Assembly: GCA_965214605.1 (NCBI GenBank)
Contig: OZ243961.1
Coordinates: 64,001 to 128,000, forward strand
Reading direction: 5' to 3'
DNA length: 64,000 nt
From: an uncultured Candidatus Binatia bacterium
Lineage (GTDB): Bacteria > Desulfobacterota > Binatia > Bin18
The notes below the pieces were generated by a model that was given only the letters and a program-made list of their open reading frames with translations, did no database searches and had not been told where the DNA came from. Below, one piece after another: positions 19,168 to 29,244 of this stretch. Within the stretch, counting starts at the first letter, position 1. Each line of letters begins with the position of its first letter. The translations under genes and the position numbers were made by a program.

Positions 19168-20322
19168 ATGGCAAAGAAAAAAATGTTGGTTGCTGGGGCA
19201 TCTGGACTGGTAGGGTTTGCTGCGGTCAAGCATTTTGCCCAGCTTGAGGATTGGAGCGTGGTTGGCGTGTCGCGCCGGATCCCCGACGGCCTACAGGGGG
19301 CGAGCGTCATTTCGGTTGATCTCCAAGACAAGGCGCAATGCGCCGCGGTCTTTGGCAGGATGTCTGACGTGACCCACGTGATCTATGCCGCGTTGTATGA
19401 GAAGCCGGGTCTGGTCGAGGGCTGGTTTGAGCAAGACCAGATGCAAACCAACCTGGCCATGCTAGACAATCTATTTGACCCGCTTGAGGCGGCGGCCAAA
19501 GACTTGCAGCACGTCTCGCTGCTACAGGGCACCAAAGCCTACGGCGTCCATATTGAGCCGTTTCCGGTCCCGGCCCGCGAGCGCTGGCCACGTCATAACC
19601 ATGAAAACTTTTACTGGCTGCAACAAGATTATTTGCGCGACCGCCAGATTGGCAAGCCGTGGCATTGGACGGTCTGGCGCCCGCAGCTTATTCTTGGCGA
19701 GTCGCTCGGAAGCCACATGAACATCTTTCCCGCCCTTGGGGTCTATGCCGCGCTGCGAAAGGAAGCCGGACTGCCGCTCTCTTTTCCGGGTGGACCGCCA
19801 TTTGTGTTTGAAGCCATTGACACAGAGATCCACGCCCGGGCGTTTGAGTGGGCGGCGACCGCGCCGGCCGCCCAGAACGAAATCTTTAATATCACCAACG
19901 GCGATGTCTTTGTGTGGCAGAATGTCTGGCCGCTCATTGCCGAGGCGTTCGGGATGCAGGTCGGGCCGCCGGAGCCGTGCTCGCTGGCCGAAGCAATGCC
20001 TAAACAAGAGGCGGAATGGGGGGCGATTGTGGATAAGTATGGGCTGCGGGCTCCGAAAAGCCTCAAAGAGTACGTCGGTCAGTCGTTTGTTCTGGCCGAT
20101 TTTTCGTTTGGCTTTGGAAGGAGAGACCAGGCGCCGCCTCCTATGCTGGTCAGCACCATCAAACTCCGTCAGGCCGGCTTTCCCGACTGCATGGATACCG
20201 AAGATTGTTTCCGCAAGTGGATTCAACGTTTTCAAGACCGCAAATGGCTACCGCCGGTGGATGAGGTGGGGCAGAAGAGGGACGTTGAGCACGGAGGAAG
20301 ACATGCCAACCTCAGTGACTGA
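19168..20322 (+). CDS. PRISE-like (progesterone 5-beta-reductase / iridoid synthase type) atypical SDR
   Basis: GASGLVG, GVSRR, QGTKAYG, NFYW, FNITNGDVFVW, STIKLRQAGF. Confidence 0.88.
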   Translation: MAKKKMLVAGASGLVGFAAVKHFAQLEDWSVVGVSRRIPDGLQGASVISVDLQDKAQCAAVFGRMSDVTHVIYAALYEKPGLVEGWFEQDQMQTNLAMLDNLFDPLEAAAKDLQHVSLLQGTKAYGVHIEPFPVPARERWPRHNHENFYWLQQDYLRDRQIGKPWHWTVWRPQLILGESLGSHMNIFPALGVYAALRKEAGLPLSFPGGPPFVFEAIDTEIHARAFEWAATAPAAQNEIFNITNGDVFVWQNVWPLIAEAFGMQVGPPEPCSLAEAMPKQEAEWGAIVDKYGLRAPKSLKEYVGQSFVLADFSFGFGRRDQAPPPMLVSTIKLRQAGFPDCMDTEDCFRKWIQRFQDRKWLPPVDEVGQKRDVEHGGRHANLSD

Positions 20323-21451
20323 AATGTTTGGAATTGAGTTGCCTATTTTTGCCTTCACCCACTGCCGTGATGTGGTCGTAGCGGTCAGTAAGGCAGGCGG
20401 ACTCGGCGTGCTTGGGGCGGCGATTCATACCGACGAACGGCTGGAGATTGATCTGAGGTGGATCGATGAGCAGCTGGGCAGTATTCCGTATGGTGTCGAT
20501 TTGATGATGCCGGCCAAGTATGTCGGGGCCGAGAGGGGGGGGCTGGCGCGCGAGTCGCTCGAACAGCTTATTCCTGAAGCCCATAAAAAATTTCTGGACG
20601 ATCTTTTGGAACAGGCGGGGGTGCCCGAACTGCCACCCGACGTGCCGTCGGCCAAGGGGCGTGGGCTGCGCTACTCGCAGAAAGAGGCCAAGGGAATTAT
20701 CGATATTGCCCTGGAGCATAAGGCCAAGTTTCTGGTGAGCGCGCTCGGTACTCCGCCCGCCTATGTGGTTGAAGCCGCGCATAAAAAAGGCATTTTTATC
20801 GGCGCGCTAGCGGGCAAAAAGAGTCATGCCCTGCGGCATAAAGAAGCCCAGGTTGACGTCATCATTGCCCAGTCCTACGAAGCCGGTGGCCATACCGGAG
20901 ACATCGCTGGGATGGTGCTGATCCCCGAGATTGTGGATGCTGTTGCTCCAACGCCGGTCTTAGGCGCGGGCGGCATTGGCAGCGGGCGCCAAATGGCCGC
21001 GGCTATGGCGCTCGGTGCTCAAGGGGTGTGGTGCGGGACGGTGTGGTTGACCACGACCGAGTCTGAGCTAGATCGGATGGCCAAAGATAAGCTGTTGGCA
21101 GCTGACTCAAGCAGCACGGTCCGCACAAAATCCATGACCGGCAAGCACGCCCGCTTTCTGCGCTCCACGTGGACCGATGAGTGGGAGCGCAACGACACAC
21201 CGGAACCGCTTACAACCCCGCTGCAAAGTATCTTGGCCTATAACTACCTGCGCCGGATTGATCGCGGGATGAAAGCAGCGGGAGTGACTGCCGAATCCGG
21301 TGCCTACCAGCTGTACACCTATCCGACCGGCCAGGGCATCGGCGGGCAGAGGGGGCTGCGCTCGGTGCGCGATGTGGTCCGGGATATGGCCAGCGGCTAC
21401 GTTGAGGCTATTGCACGCCTGAACGAGCAGCTTGGCTACGGGGACGAATAA
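20303..21451 (+). CDS. Nitronate monooxygenase / FabK-like flavoenzyme
   Basis: GGAGG RBS; AFTHCRDVV, EAGGHTG, AGGIGSG, GAQGVWCGT. Confidence 0.9.
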   Translation: MPTSVTEMFGIELPIFAFTHCRDVVVAVSKAGGLGVLGAAIHTDERLEIDLRWIDEQLGSIPYGVDLMMPAKYVGAERGGLARESLEQLIPEAHKKFLDDLLEQAGVPELPPDVPSAKGRGLRYSQKEAKGIIDIALEHKAKFLVSALGTPPAYVVEAAHKKGIFIGALAGKKSHALRHKEAQVDVIIAQSYEAGGHTGDIAGMVLIPEIVDAVAPTPVLGAGGIGSGRQMAAAMALGAQGVWCGTVWLTTTESELDRMAKDKLLAADSSSTVRTKSMTGKHARFLRSTWTDEWERNDTPEPLTTPLQSILAYNYLRRIDRGMKAAGVTAESGAYQLYTYPTGQGIGGQRGLRSVRDVVRDMASGYVEAIARLNEQLGYGDE

Positions 21452-21576
21452 AGTGTGTCTCTTTGCCCACCACACAGCGGCAAGGAGCCGGTCAAATCGG
21501 TCGGCTCAGGGATCTCCGCCGCGGGAAGACCGTGTCGCTCTTGGTCGCTGGGCCCGAACTTCTCGTCCCCTTTGTG

Positions 21577-22953
21577 CTAACCTCCAGAAAAACTCACCTC
21601 TGGCAGCTCCTTCATGGCACGCTCGATTTCCCTGGTGGGATGAGTGGAACCTTGCAGCGTGCCCGCGTGGTAATCGGCATAGGCCGCCATATCGAAGTGA
21701 CCATGGCCGCTGAGATTAAAGACAATGACTTTTTTCCCTCCGTGTTCTCGGCATTGCACAGCTTCGTCAATCGCCGCACGGACCGCATGGTTTGCTTCCG
21801 GGGCGGGGAAGATGCCTTCTGTCTGGGCAAACATTGCCCCGGCTTCAAAGGCATCTAGCTGGTCGATCGCCACGGCTTCGATCAGGCCAGCGTGACGCAG
21901 CGCGCTGATCTGGGGGGACATGCCGTGATAGCGCAGACCGCCGGCATGGATGGGGGCCGGCACAAAAGAATGGCCTAACGTATACATCTGACAGATGGGG
22001 GCTATGCCGCCGGTATCTGCCCAATCCCAGGTATAGCGGCCTTTTGTCAAAGTTGGACAGGCCGTTGGCTCGGCGGCGATAATTCTGGTCTTTTTGCCGT
22101 TCCTGAGGTTTTCCCGAAGGAACGGAAAGGCAAAGCCGCCAAAATTTGATCCACCGCCCGCACAAGCGATGACACTGTCCGGATACTCGCCGGCCATCTC
22201 CATTTGTCGTAGCGTTTCCTCGCCGATAATGGTTTGGTGCAGCAACACATGGGGCAGGACTGAGCCGAGGCTATACTTGGTGTTACCGTCCGAGGTTTGG
22301 GCGGCTTCGATCCCTTCTGACACGGCAATCCCTAGTGCCCCCGGATGCTCGGGATGCTCGCTAAGCAGCCTGCGGCCGACAGCGGTTCGCTCGGACGGGC
22401 TGGCGTATACCGTACCGCCATAGGTTTCGATCACATGCCGGCGGTACGGTTTCTGCTGGTAGGAAATACGGACCATGTAGACTGCACAGCCAAGGCCAAA
22501 GAAGTTGCAGGCCATTGACAGGGCCGATCCCCACTGTCCGGCTCCGGTCTCGGTCGTCAGGGTCCGGATACCCTCCTGCTTGGCGTAGAAAGCTTGGGCA
22601 ACGGCGGTATTCGGCTTATGCGAGCCGACCGGGCTGCTGCCCTCGTATTTATAGTAGATATGAGCCGGAGTCTGTAGGTGTTGCTCCAAACGACGAGCAC
22701 GGGACAATAGGGTCGGTCGCCACAGCTTGTATATGTCACGCACCGGCTCAGGAATTTCAATATAGCGCTCCTGACTCGCGTCCTGGGCCATGAGCTCAAG
22801 GATGATAAAATCACTCAGAAATGCGGGGGTGATCGGGTGCTTCGTTGCCGGATGGAGAGGAGGCGACGGCGGCGTCGGCATATCAGCGTTGATATTGTAC
22901 CAGGCTCGGGGTATGCGGCTGTCGTCAAGCAGAAATTTTGTCTGATCGTGCAT
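21577..22953 (-). CDS. trpB2: TrpB-like PLP enzyme (TrpB2), with no trpA nearby
   Basis: GSHKPNTA (PLP lysine), TETGAGQWG, GGGSN, HAGGLRYHG, NLSGHG. Confidence 0.93.
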   Translation of the reverse strand: MHDQTKFLLDDSRIPRAWYNINADMPTPPSPPLHPATKHPITPAFLSDFIILELMAQDASQERYIEIPEPVRDIYKLWRPTLLSRARRLEQHLQTPAHIYYKYEGSSPVGSHKPNTAVAQAFYAKQEGIRTLTTETGAGQWGSALSMACNFFGLGCAVYMVRISYQQKPYRRHVIETYGGTVYASPSERTAVGRRLLSEHPEHPGALGIAVSEGIEAAQTSDGNTKYSLGSVLPHVLLHQTIIGEETLRQMEMAGEYPDSVIACAGGGSNFGGFAFPFLRENLRNGKKTRIIAAEPTACPTLTKGRYTWDWADTGGIAPICQMYTLGHSFVPAPIHAGGLRYHGMSPQISALRHAGLIEAVAIDQLDAFEAGAMFAQTEGIFPAPEANHAVRAAIDEAVQCREHGGKKVIVFNLSGHGHFDMAAYADYHAGTLQGSTHPTREIERAMKELPEVSFSGG

Positions 22954-22990
22954 GGTCGTGTTCCTCATCTCCAAGGGCTGATGTGCCGGT

Positions 22991-23527
22991 TTAGTCCGTC
23001 TGGGTTAGGCCTAAGACCGCCGGCCACAGCTCACGGTCGTGAATAGTATAGCGATACGCAGCGTCGAGGCTGGCGAGCAGGCTGACAACTTCCGGCCGCT
23101 CGGTCCGGTCGCCGTTCCAGTCGCCGGCTTGCTCGACGAGTGTGTCTAAAAAGCTATGCAAAATCCCTAACACCCCGTCGCTTTTCTGGGTCAGGACTTT
23201 CAACATCGCAGCATGGTTGAGGGAAAAGCCGGGCCCTCGGACTAGCCAGCCGGCAAAGCCGGGTTCTTCGGTTGACGCCTGCTGCCACCAGTGGAGCCAG
23301 GCAAAGGCCAGCAGGACTTGATCGGCGGGAGGCATCATGTAGTAGGTCGCGGCCCAGTTCGGGGGAATGTCAGCATCAGGCCCGATGAGCTCTGAGGGGA
23401 GGGCGTCGAGCTGATCCGAGGACGTGAGGTTATTCTGAAGCGCCAAGCGCTCCCAGCGCGACACCGCCCGCCGCAGCAAACGGTCAACCTCAGCATGACC
23501 GGGCGTCCAACTCAAAAAATCATACAT
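22991..23527 (-). CDS. Hypothetical protein (178 aa)
   Basis: Fills the gap between co-oriented genes with short spacers; no recognised motif. Confidence 0.65.
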   Translation of the reverse strand: MYDFLSWTPGHAEVDRLLRRAVSRWERLALQNNLTSSDQLDALPSELIGPDADIPPNWAATYYMMPPADQVLLAFAWLHWWQQASTEEPGFAGWLVRGPGFSLNHAAMLKVLTQKSDGVLGILHSFLDTLVEQAGDWNGDRTERPEVVSLLASLDAAYRYTIHDRELWPAVLGLTQTD

Positions 23528-23541
23528 GAAGAGGGGCCGGC

Positions 23542-24672
23542 TTAGGCAGCTGTCTCACCTAACGTGTTGCGAGCCGAACCAAAGCGGTTCAAACCGAGTT
23601 CTTCTCGGAAATCGCTGCTTTTGTCCAGCATTGGGTCGCTGACAGCGATTCCGGTCGCGTCGGCAATCCGGACCATTTGCATAAACGTGGCAACGATACC
23701 GGCGGCATCGACCAATCCCTGTGGTCCGATTTCTTCAAGCATCTCGCGGCGAAGGGTCTGCCGCTCAGCCTCGTCGTCGCCCAATACGGCTTCGGCAAAA
23801 CGGATAAGCAGCTTCCCATGTGCCACGCCGCTGTCTTTTGCCAGATCAGTCACCGCGCTCAGATCAAGAGTGTCGGTCAACTGTTGTGTTTGACTGCTCT
23901 CCCGGAGCATGACCACATGGCTCGTCGTTCAATAGAAGCACTGGTTTAGGACCGAGACGCGGGCTGCCAGCAGCTCTATTTGGGCCCGATTAATGGCCCG
24001 ACCCGGGTCACAGCTGGGGTCTCTGACCCGAAACGGGTCCATATACTGAGCTGGGATCAGAGTGAAGATCGACAAACGTACTTCGTCAGGCACGAGGCTG
24101 AGCGCGCGCAGGACGGGTGCGGCGGCACGACCGCCATAGATATCCGCATCTGGACCGTGGACTTCTCCCGGTGGAAGCGTGCGCACCCATTCGCCATTGT
24201 CCTGGGCCAGCGGTGGACGGTAGTGGGAGGGAGTCCCCGCTACAGGCGAAGGCAAAGGGTGGAGGGGAACGGCGAGCGCCCGACAGAAGGTATCGATGCT
24301 GATCGTCCGGACCAACACGCCCAAGGCTTCAACGTAGTGCGTGTCCTGCAGCCCTTGGACTGTCAGCCGCTCGTACCACTCCTTGCTCAGACGGCCCGGA
24401 TCAGTCGTGATGTGGTGAATCATCTCAGCCATGACTTCGGACACAAGGCCGGTCGTGTCATGCTGGCCCTCAACGGCCGATGGGGAGAGGGCTGCGCGGC
24501 GTGCGATACAGAACCGACAGGTGTAGGCTTTGCGCACCTCGGCGGCGATGGCAATCCGTTCAGCACCCGTCCACCAGGTGCCGGGCTCGGCTAGTTTCTG
24601 CCAAATCGTCTCATGCGCGGCCCGGATATCCGCTCGAACTGGGACCAGAGACTGGGCGTACGATACTTCCAT
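23542..24672 (-). CDS. Alkylhydroperoxidase (AhpD)-related selenoprotein, about 376 aa, Sec at UGA 23931-23929
   Basis: ORFs 23929-24738 and 23542-23916 are in the same frame; readthrough gives IELLAARVSVLNQCFY-U-TTSH (AhpD E..CxxC..H pattern); AAGGAGG RBS before ATG 24672. Confidence 0.85.
23895..23928 (-). promoter_or_regulatory. Candidate bacterial SECIS element
   Basis: UGCUC-CGGGA-GAGCA stem-loop with a G-containing loop starting 24 nt after the UGA. Confidence 0.65.
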
Positions 24673-24867
24673 AACAGGCCCTCCTTCGTCCCCAAGACCA
24701 TGCAGGTGGGGGCGGTGTCTGGCAAGCATTTCGGACATCCGACTGTTCCAGACGTGCGGCTGGCGGAGGCGTGATCTCTGCTTGCATCTTTTTTCCGTTT
24801 GTATAATGTGTTGCGCAATAGTTTGCTAGGACAGGATATCACAGGCGGCAAAAACAAGGAGGATGGT

Positions 24868-25995
24868 ATGAAAGTTGGCATGATACCCCAATTGACGAGT
24901 TTTCATGGCAAACCTGATTTTCAGACGTATCAGGAGGAACTAGCGCTGGCCGACATGGCCGAAGACATGGGGTTTGACTCGATCTGGGCGCTGGATCACC
25001 ATTTCACCGGCTATACCATGTCGCCGGACCCGACCCAAATGCTGAGCTATTTTGCTGGTCGGACGAAGCGGGTCCAGCTTGGCACCGCAGTGATCGTGCT
25101 GCCGTGGCACGATCCGGTCGAAGTGGCCGAGAACATTGCCCTGCTTGATGTCCTGTCAAACGGCCGGACTATTATCGGCTTTGGTCGCGGGGCGGCCACG
25201 GTCGAGTATGAGGGCTACCGCATTCCAATGCACGAGTCGCGCGAACGGTTTGTCGAGTGCGCGGAGATCGTTCGTCTGGGGCTGACCCAGGAGAGCTTCT
25301 CGTACGATGGCAAATTTTACCAGATTCCAGAAATTCAGATCCGTCCGCGTCCGATCTCTCATCCAGAGCAGCGCTTTTACGCCTCTTCGGTCAGCCCCGA
25401 GTCGGCAGAGATTATGGCCAAGCTCGGGCTTGGGGTGTTGATCATTGCCCAGCGGAGTTGGGAGGATACGGCTGCGGACTACCAGCGCTACGTTGAGAAT
25501 GCGCTGGCCAGCGGCTTTCAGCCGCGTCCCCCGATCGGGCTGTTCAACGTGTTGGTGTCGGACGACGCTCAAGAGGCCGAGGATTTGGCTCAAGTCCACA
25601 TGGGTGCCATGTTTGACTCTATCGAAGAACACTATCGCTTCTCTTCGGGCCGCTTGAATGACGTCAAAGGCTACGAGTTCTACGGAAAGATGGCAAAAAC
25701 GTACGCCAAGCTGAACGCCGATGAAGAAGCCAAGGCTAAGGCGGTGGCATTTTATCGTAGCTTGCACGCGGCAGGCACGGCCGATCAGGTGTTGGAAAAG
25801 TTCCGCTACGTTCATTCGACCGTCGCCCTTGAGCACGTTGTGAACACTTTTGGCTTTGGTGGCTTGCCCATTGATAAACTGCGCCGCAGCTACCAGCTGT
25901 TTGCCGAGAGAATTCTGCCGGTGCTGCAGCACGACGCGGCTTTCCAACTGCCCAAGGATCAGAACGGCTATACCGAGATGGCTGCCTCGGCCTAG
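24868..25995 (+). CDS. LLM class flavin-dependent oxidoreductase
   Basis: AAGGAGG RBS; WALDHHFTGY, LGTAVIVLPWHDP, GFGRG. Confidence 0.95.
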   Translation: MKVGMIPQLTSFHGKPDFQTYQEELALADMAEDMGFDSIWALDHHFTGYTMSPDPTQMLSYFAGRTKRVQLGTAVIVLPWHDPVEVAENIALLDVLSNGRTIIGFGRGAATVEYEGYRIPMHESRERFVECAEIVRLGLTQESFSYDGKFYQIPEIQIRPRPISHPEQRFYASSVSPESAEIMAKLGLGVLIIAQRSWEDTAADYQRYVENALASGFQPRPPIGLFNVLVSDDAQEAEDLAQVHMGAMFDSIEEHYRFSSGRLNDVKGYEFYGKMAKTYAKLNADEEAKAKAVAFYRSLHAAGTADQVLEKFRYVHSTVALEHVVNTFGFGGLPIDKLRRSYQLFAERILPVLQHDAAFQLPKDQNGYTEMAASA

Positions 25996-26100
25996 CCCCC
26001 CCCTCCGTCTCCCGAGAGAGCGGGAACCAAGAGCTCGGCACCGGCTCTACTCCCCCCTCTCTCTTTCCGTACAGCATTTCTTGCCTGTGAGGAGAGGTGC

Positions 26101-27291
26101 ATGGATTTTCACTATACGCCTGAGCAAGAAGCTTTTCGGGCCGAGCTGCGGGCTTGGCTCGACGTCAACCTGCCGCCCGAGCTGTGTGTTGATGACGCCA
26201 AGGACGAACGGATCGCTCCGGATCGCAAGACCTTTGAGCGCCGCCGTGTCTGGCAGCGTCAGATGTACGACGCAGGCTGGGTCGGGATTGCCTGGCCGCA
26301 GGAGTATGGCGGGCGCGGGGCCACGCTCATGGAGCAGGTGATTTTTGAGGAGGAGTATACCCGAGTGCGGGCACCGGTCTTGCCGGGCAATTCAGGCATC
26401 TCCCTGTGTGGACCAACCCTGATGCAGTGGGGCAGTCAAGCTCAGAAAGAGCGTTTTCTGCAACCCACGCTCAGTGGCGAGCTTATTTGGTGTCAGGGCT
26501 ATTCCGAACCTGGGGCCGGCTCGGACTTGGCCAGTTTACAAACTAGAGCCGTTGATATGGGCGACCATTTTGTGGTCAACGGACAGAAAGTGTGGACGTC
26601 CGGGGCGCAGTACGCGGATTGGATCTTCATGTTGGTCCGGACCGATCCCGACGCGCCAAAACACAAAGGTATTAGCTATCTCCTAGCCGATATAAGAACA
26701 CCGGGGATCACCGTCAGACCCCTCGTCTTGCTCAACGGCCACGCCCACTTCAACGAGGTGTTTTTTGATGAGGTGAAAGTCCCCAAGCCCAACCTTGTTG
26801 GGGAAAAAAACGAGGGCTGGAAGGTCACTGTCACCACCCTGATGTACGAGCGGGCGTATGCCGGGGTGAGTAATTACAACGACCAGATCATGCGCCTCGT
26901 CGCCTTAGCCAAACAGGTCTTGATTGATGGCAAACCCGCCTGGCAGCAATCCTGGGTGCGGCAGCGGCTGGTCGGCTTAAAGACTGAGAGCGAAAGCCTC
27001 AAGTACACCCGCCTGCGTGGGATCACCCGAATGCTCAAGGGCCAGCCGCCAGGACCGGAGGGCTCGCTGCTCAAGCTGTGCGGGTCTGAGTTAGGCGTAC
27101 GGATTGCCAAGTTTGCGACCGAACTGCTCGGTGCCCATACAACGGTGAACAAGCCCTCAGACGTGGTGCCCGACGCCCCGCGCTGGTTTAACCGGATGCT
27201 GAGTGCCCGGCAGTACACTATCTCGGCCGGTACGAGCGAGATCCAGCGGAATATTATGGGCGAGCGGGTGCTGGGCTTGCCAAAAGGGTGA
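26101..27291 (+). CDS. Acyl-CoA dehydrogenase (FadE17/26-like)
   Basis: WCQGYSEPGAGSDLASL, NGQKVWTS, GTSEIQRN. Confidence 0.95.
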   Translation: MDFHYTPEQEAFRAELRAWLDVNLPPELCVDDAKDERIAPDRKTFERRRVWQRQMYDAGWVGIAWPQEYGGRGATLMEQVIFEEEYTRVRAPVLPGNSGISLCGPTLMQWGSQAQKERFLQPTLSGELIWCQGYSEPGAGSDLASLQTRAVDMGDHFVVNGQKVWTSGAQYADWIFMLVRTDPDAPKHKGISYLLADIRTPGITVRPLVLLNGHAHFNEVFFDEVKVPKPNLVGEKNEGWKVTVTTLMYERAYAGVSNYNDQIMRLVALAKQVLIDGKPAWQQSWVRQRLVGLKTESESLKYTRLRGITRMLKGQPPGPEGSLLKLCGSELGVRIAKFATELLGAHTTVNKPSDVVPDAPRWFNRMLSARQYTISAGTSEIQRNIMGERVLGLPKG

Positions 27292-27441
27292 CTTTATCCG
27301 GACAAGAGCGGAAAGATTGTGCCGCATACGTCAGAGACGAGATCGTCTGTCTCTGAGCAGTGGCAGAAGACCGACCACGCTATCGTGCGCGGTGCTCCGG
27401 GCTTTCCCCATTCCCGCTATGGCAGTGTGAAGGCTGCCCTT

Positions 27442-29200
27442 ATGGTAGACCGTCTACATCTGCACAAGCGGAACATTCTTGCTAGCCCGGATTTCAATCG
27501 CTGGTTTGTGCCGCCGGCCTCCATCGCCATCCATCTGTGCATTGGTTCCATTGGAGTTTGTTCAACCCGGCCCTGACCACGGTGCTGGGCGTGGTCGCCG
27601 GAGATTGGTCGTTGCCGGCGGTGGTCTGGATGTTCTCGGTGGCGATTGTGTGTCTGGGGCTGGCGGCAGCCTTTGCCGGCAAGTGGTTGGAAGAGGTCGG
27701 CCCGCGGTTGGGAGGAGTGGTATGGCGCGTGATTTGGGCCTTTTGGGTTGGGGTCGGTCGGCCCGCGGTTGGGAGGAGTGGTAGCCGCGCTATGTTGGGG
27801 GGGTCCTCCTCAGTGGGTTGGGCATCCTGACCCACCAAATCGTCCTGCTGTATGTGGGTTACGGCGTGATTGGTGGGTGTGGACTGGGTCTGGGCTCTGT
27901 CTCGCCGGTTGCCACCCTGCTGCGTTGGTTCCCGGACCGGCGGGGGGTCGCGACCGGGATGGCAATCTATGGGTTTCGGCGGGGAGGCGGTGTTGGGGAC
28001 GCCCCTGATTGAAAGCCTGCTGGCGACCTTTGTCGTCACTCCGGACTATCTGGGCAGTGCCGAGAGCCCGCCCCTGTTGACCCGTGATGGGGGGCGGTAT
28101 GGGGAAACGTCGGCGGGGGTGCTCCGCGAGGTGGTGGTGTTGGGGTCGGGAGAGGCGGCTCAGCTCAATCTGGCCGCTGGGGCGGATGTCGTGGGCAACG
28201 GTGCAACCGGCGTGGCGGCGACCTTCACCCGAGGTCTTGTGTACTTCACTGTTATGACGCTCGCCGCCTTCTCGTCTCGTCTGCCGGCGGCCGACTGGCA
28301 GCCCGCCGGGTGGCAAGAGCCAACCGAGCCGGACAGCATGAGGACTCGCCACCACGTCCATAGCGATCAAGCTCTGAGAACCCCCCCAATTTTACCTGCT
28401 GTGGCTGGTCCTGTTTTGTCACGTTACGGCTGGTATCGGGGTACTGGGGGTAGCCAGAACGATGCTGAACGAGATTTTTGGGACACTCTTCCCATCCATC
28501 GTGACCGCGGCCTTTGCCGCCACCTCTGTGTTGATGATCGGCCTGTTCAACATGCTGGGGCGGGTGTTCTGGGCCGGCTTGTCGGATATAATCGGCCGCA
28601 AGACGACGTATGGCATCTTCTTCATCCTCGGCACCGCGCTCTACCTCAGCGTGCCGTACAGCGCGGCAGCGGCGAGTCTGCGGCCAGCGGTGGAATGGCT
28701 TGTGGTGTTCTACGGCGCGCCTCTGCTTATCTTCACCATATAGGGGGGCGGCTTTGCGACGATTCCCGCCTATTTGGCCGATATCTTCGGGACCCGCCAT
28801 GTGGGCGCGATCCACGGCCGGCTCCTCACCGCCTGGAGTGCAGCTGGGGTGGTCGGCCCGGTGGTCATTGCTCAGTTGCGGGAGTCCTCGTGCTGGAACG
28901 CTCTGGAGCCGCGTGCCGCCCAGGTGCCCGAGCACGATTTCGTCCAAGCCTTTGGGGCGGGGAAAACGGCTCTGGCCGAACTGATTGAGACACAGACGGT
29001 AAACGATTCCAGCCCTGCTGGATATTGCTCCATCCAGAGTCTCAGACCCGTCGGCTACGCTCTATAATACAACACCCCTGTATGCCATGGCGGCTCTGCT
29101 AGCCGTCGGGCTTCTTGCCAATCTGCTGATCCGTCCCGTCCATGTCAGCCATTATATGCACGAATCCCACGCCACGGGCTGCCCTCTGGCCTTCTTCTAC
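27442..29200 (+). pseudogene. OFA family MFS transporter pseudogene
   Basis: Fragments in several frames: [80 protein letters not shown]; in-frame TAG at 28741 and multiple frameshifts. Confidence 0.88.
27695..27783 (+). repeat. 28-bp direct repeat flanking a 33-bp insert inside the pseudogene
   Basis: ggtcggcccgcggttgggaggagtggta at 27695-27722 and 27756-27783. Confidence 0.85.
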
Positions 29201-29244
29201 CGTGCGTGTCAATGTATGCTCTGTATCCGTACAGGAGGCGTGCT

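Noticed and set aside
19736-20302. N-terminal extension making a 571-aa nitronate monooxygenase
   Set aside because: It overlaps the SDR in another frame; the true start with an RBS is at 20303.
27695-27783. 28-bp repeats with a 61-bp period as a CRISPR array
   Set aside because: The repeat is duplicated transporter coding sequence (VGPRLGGVV) inside a pseudogene, with only two copies.
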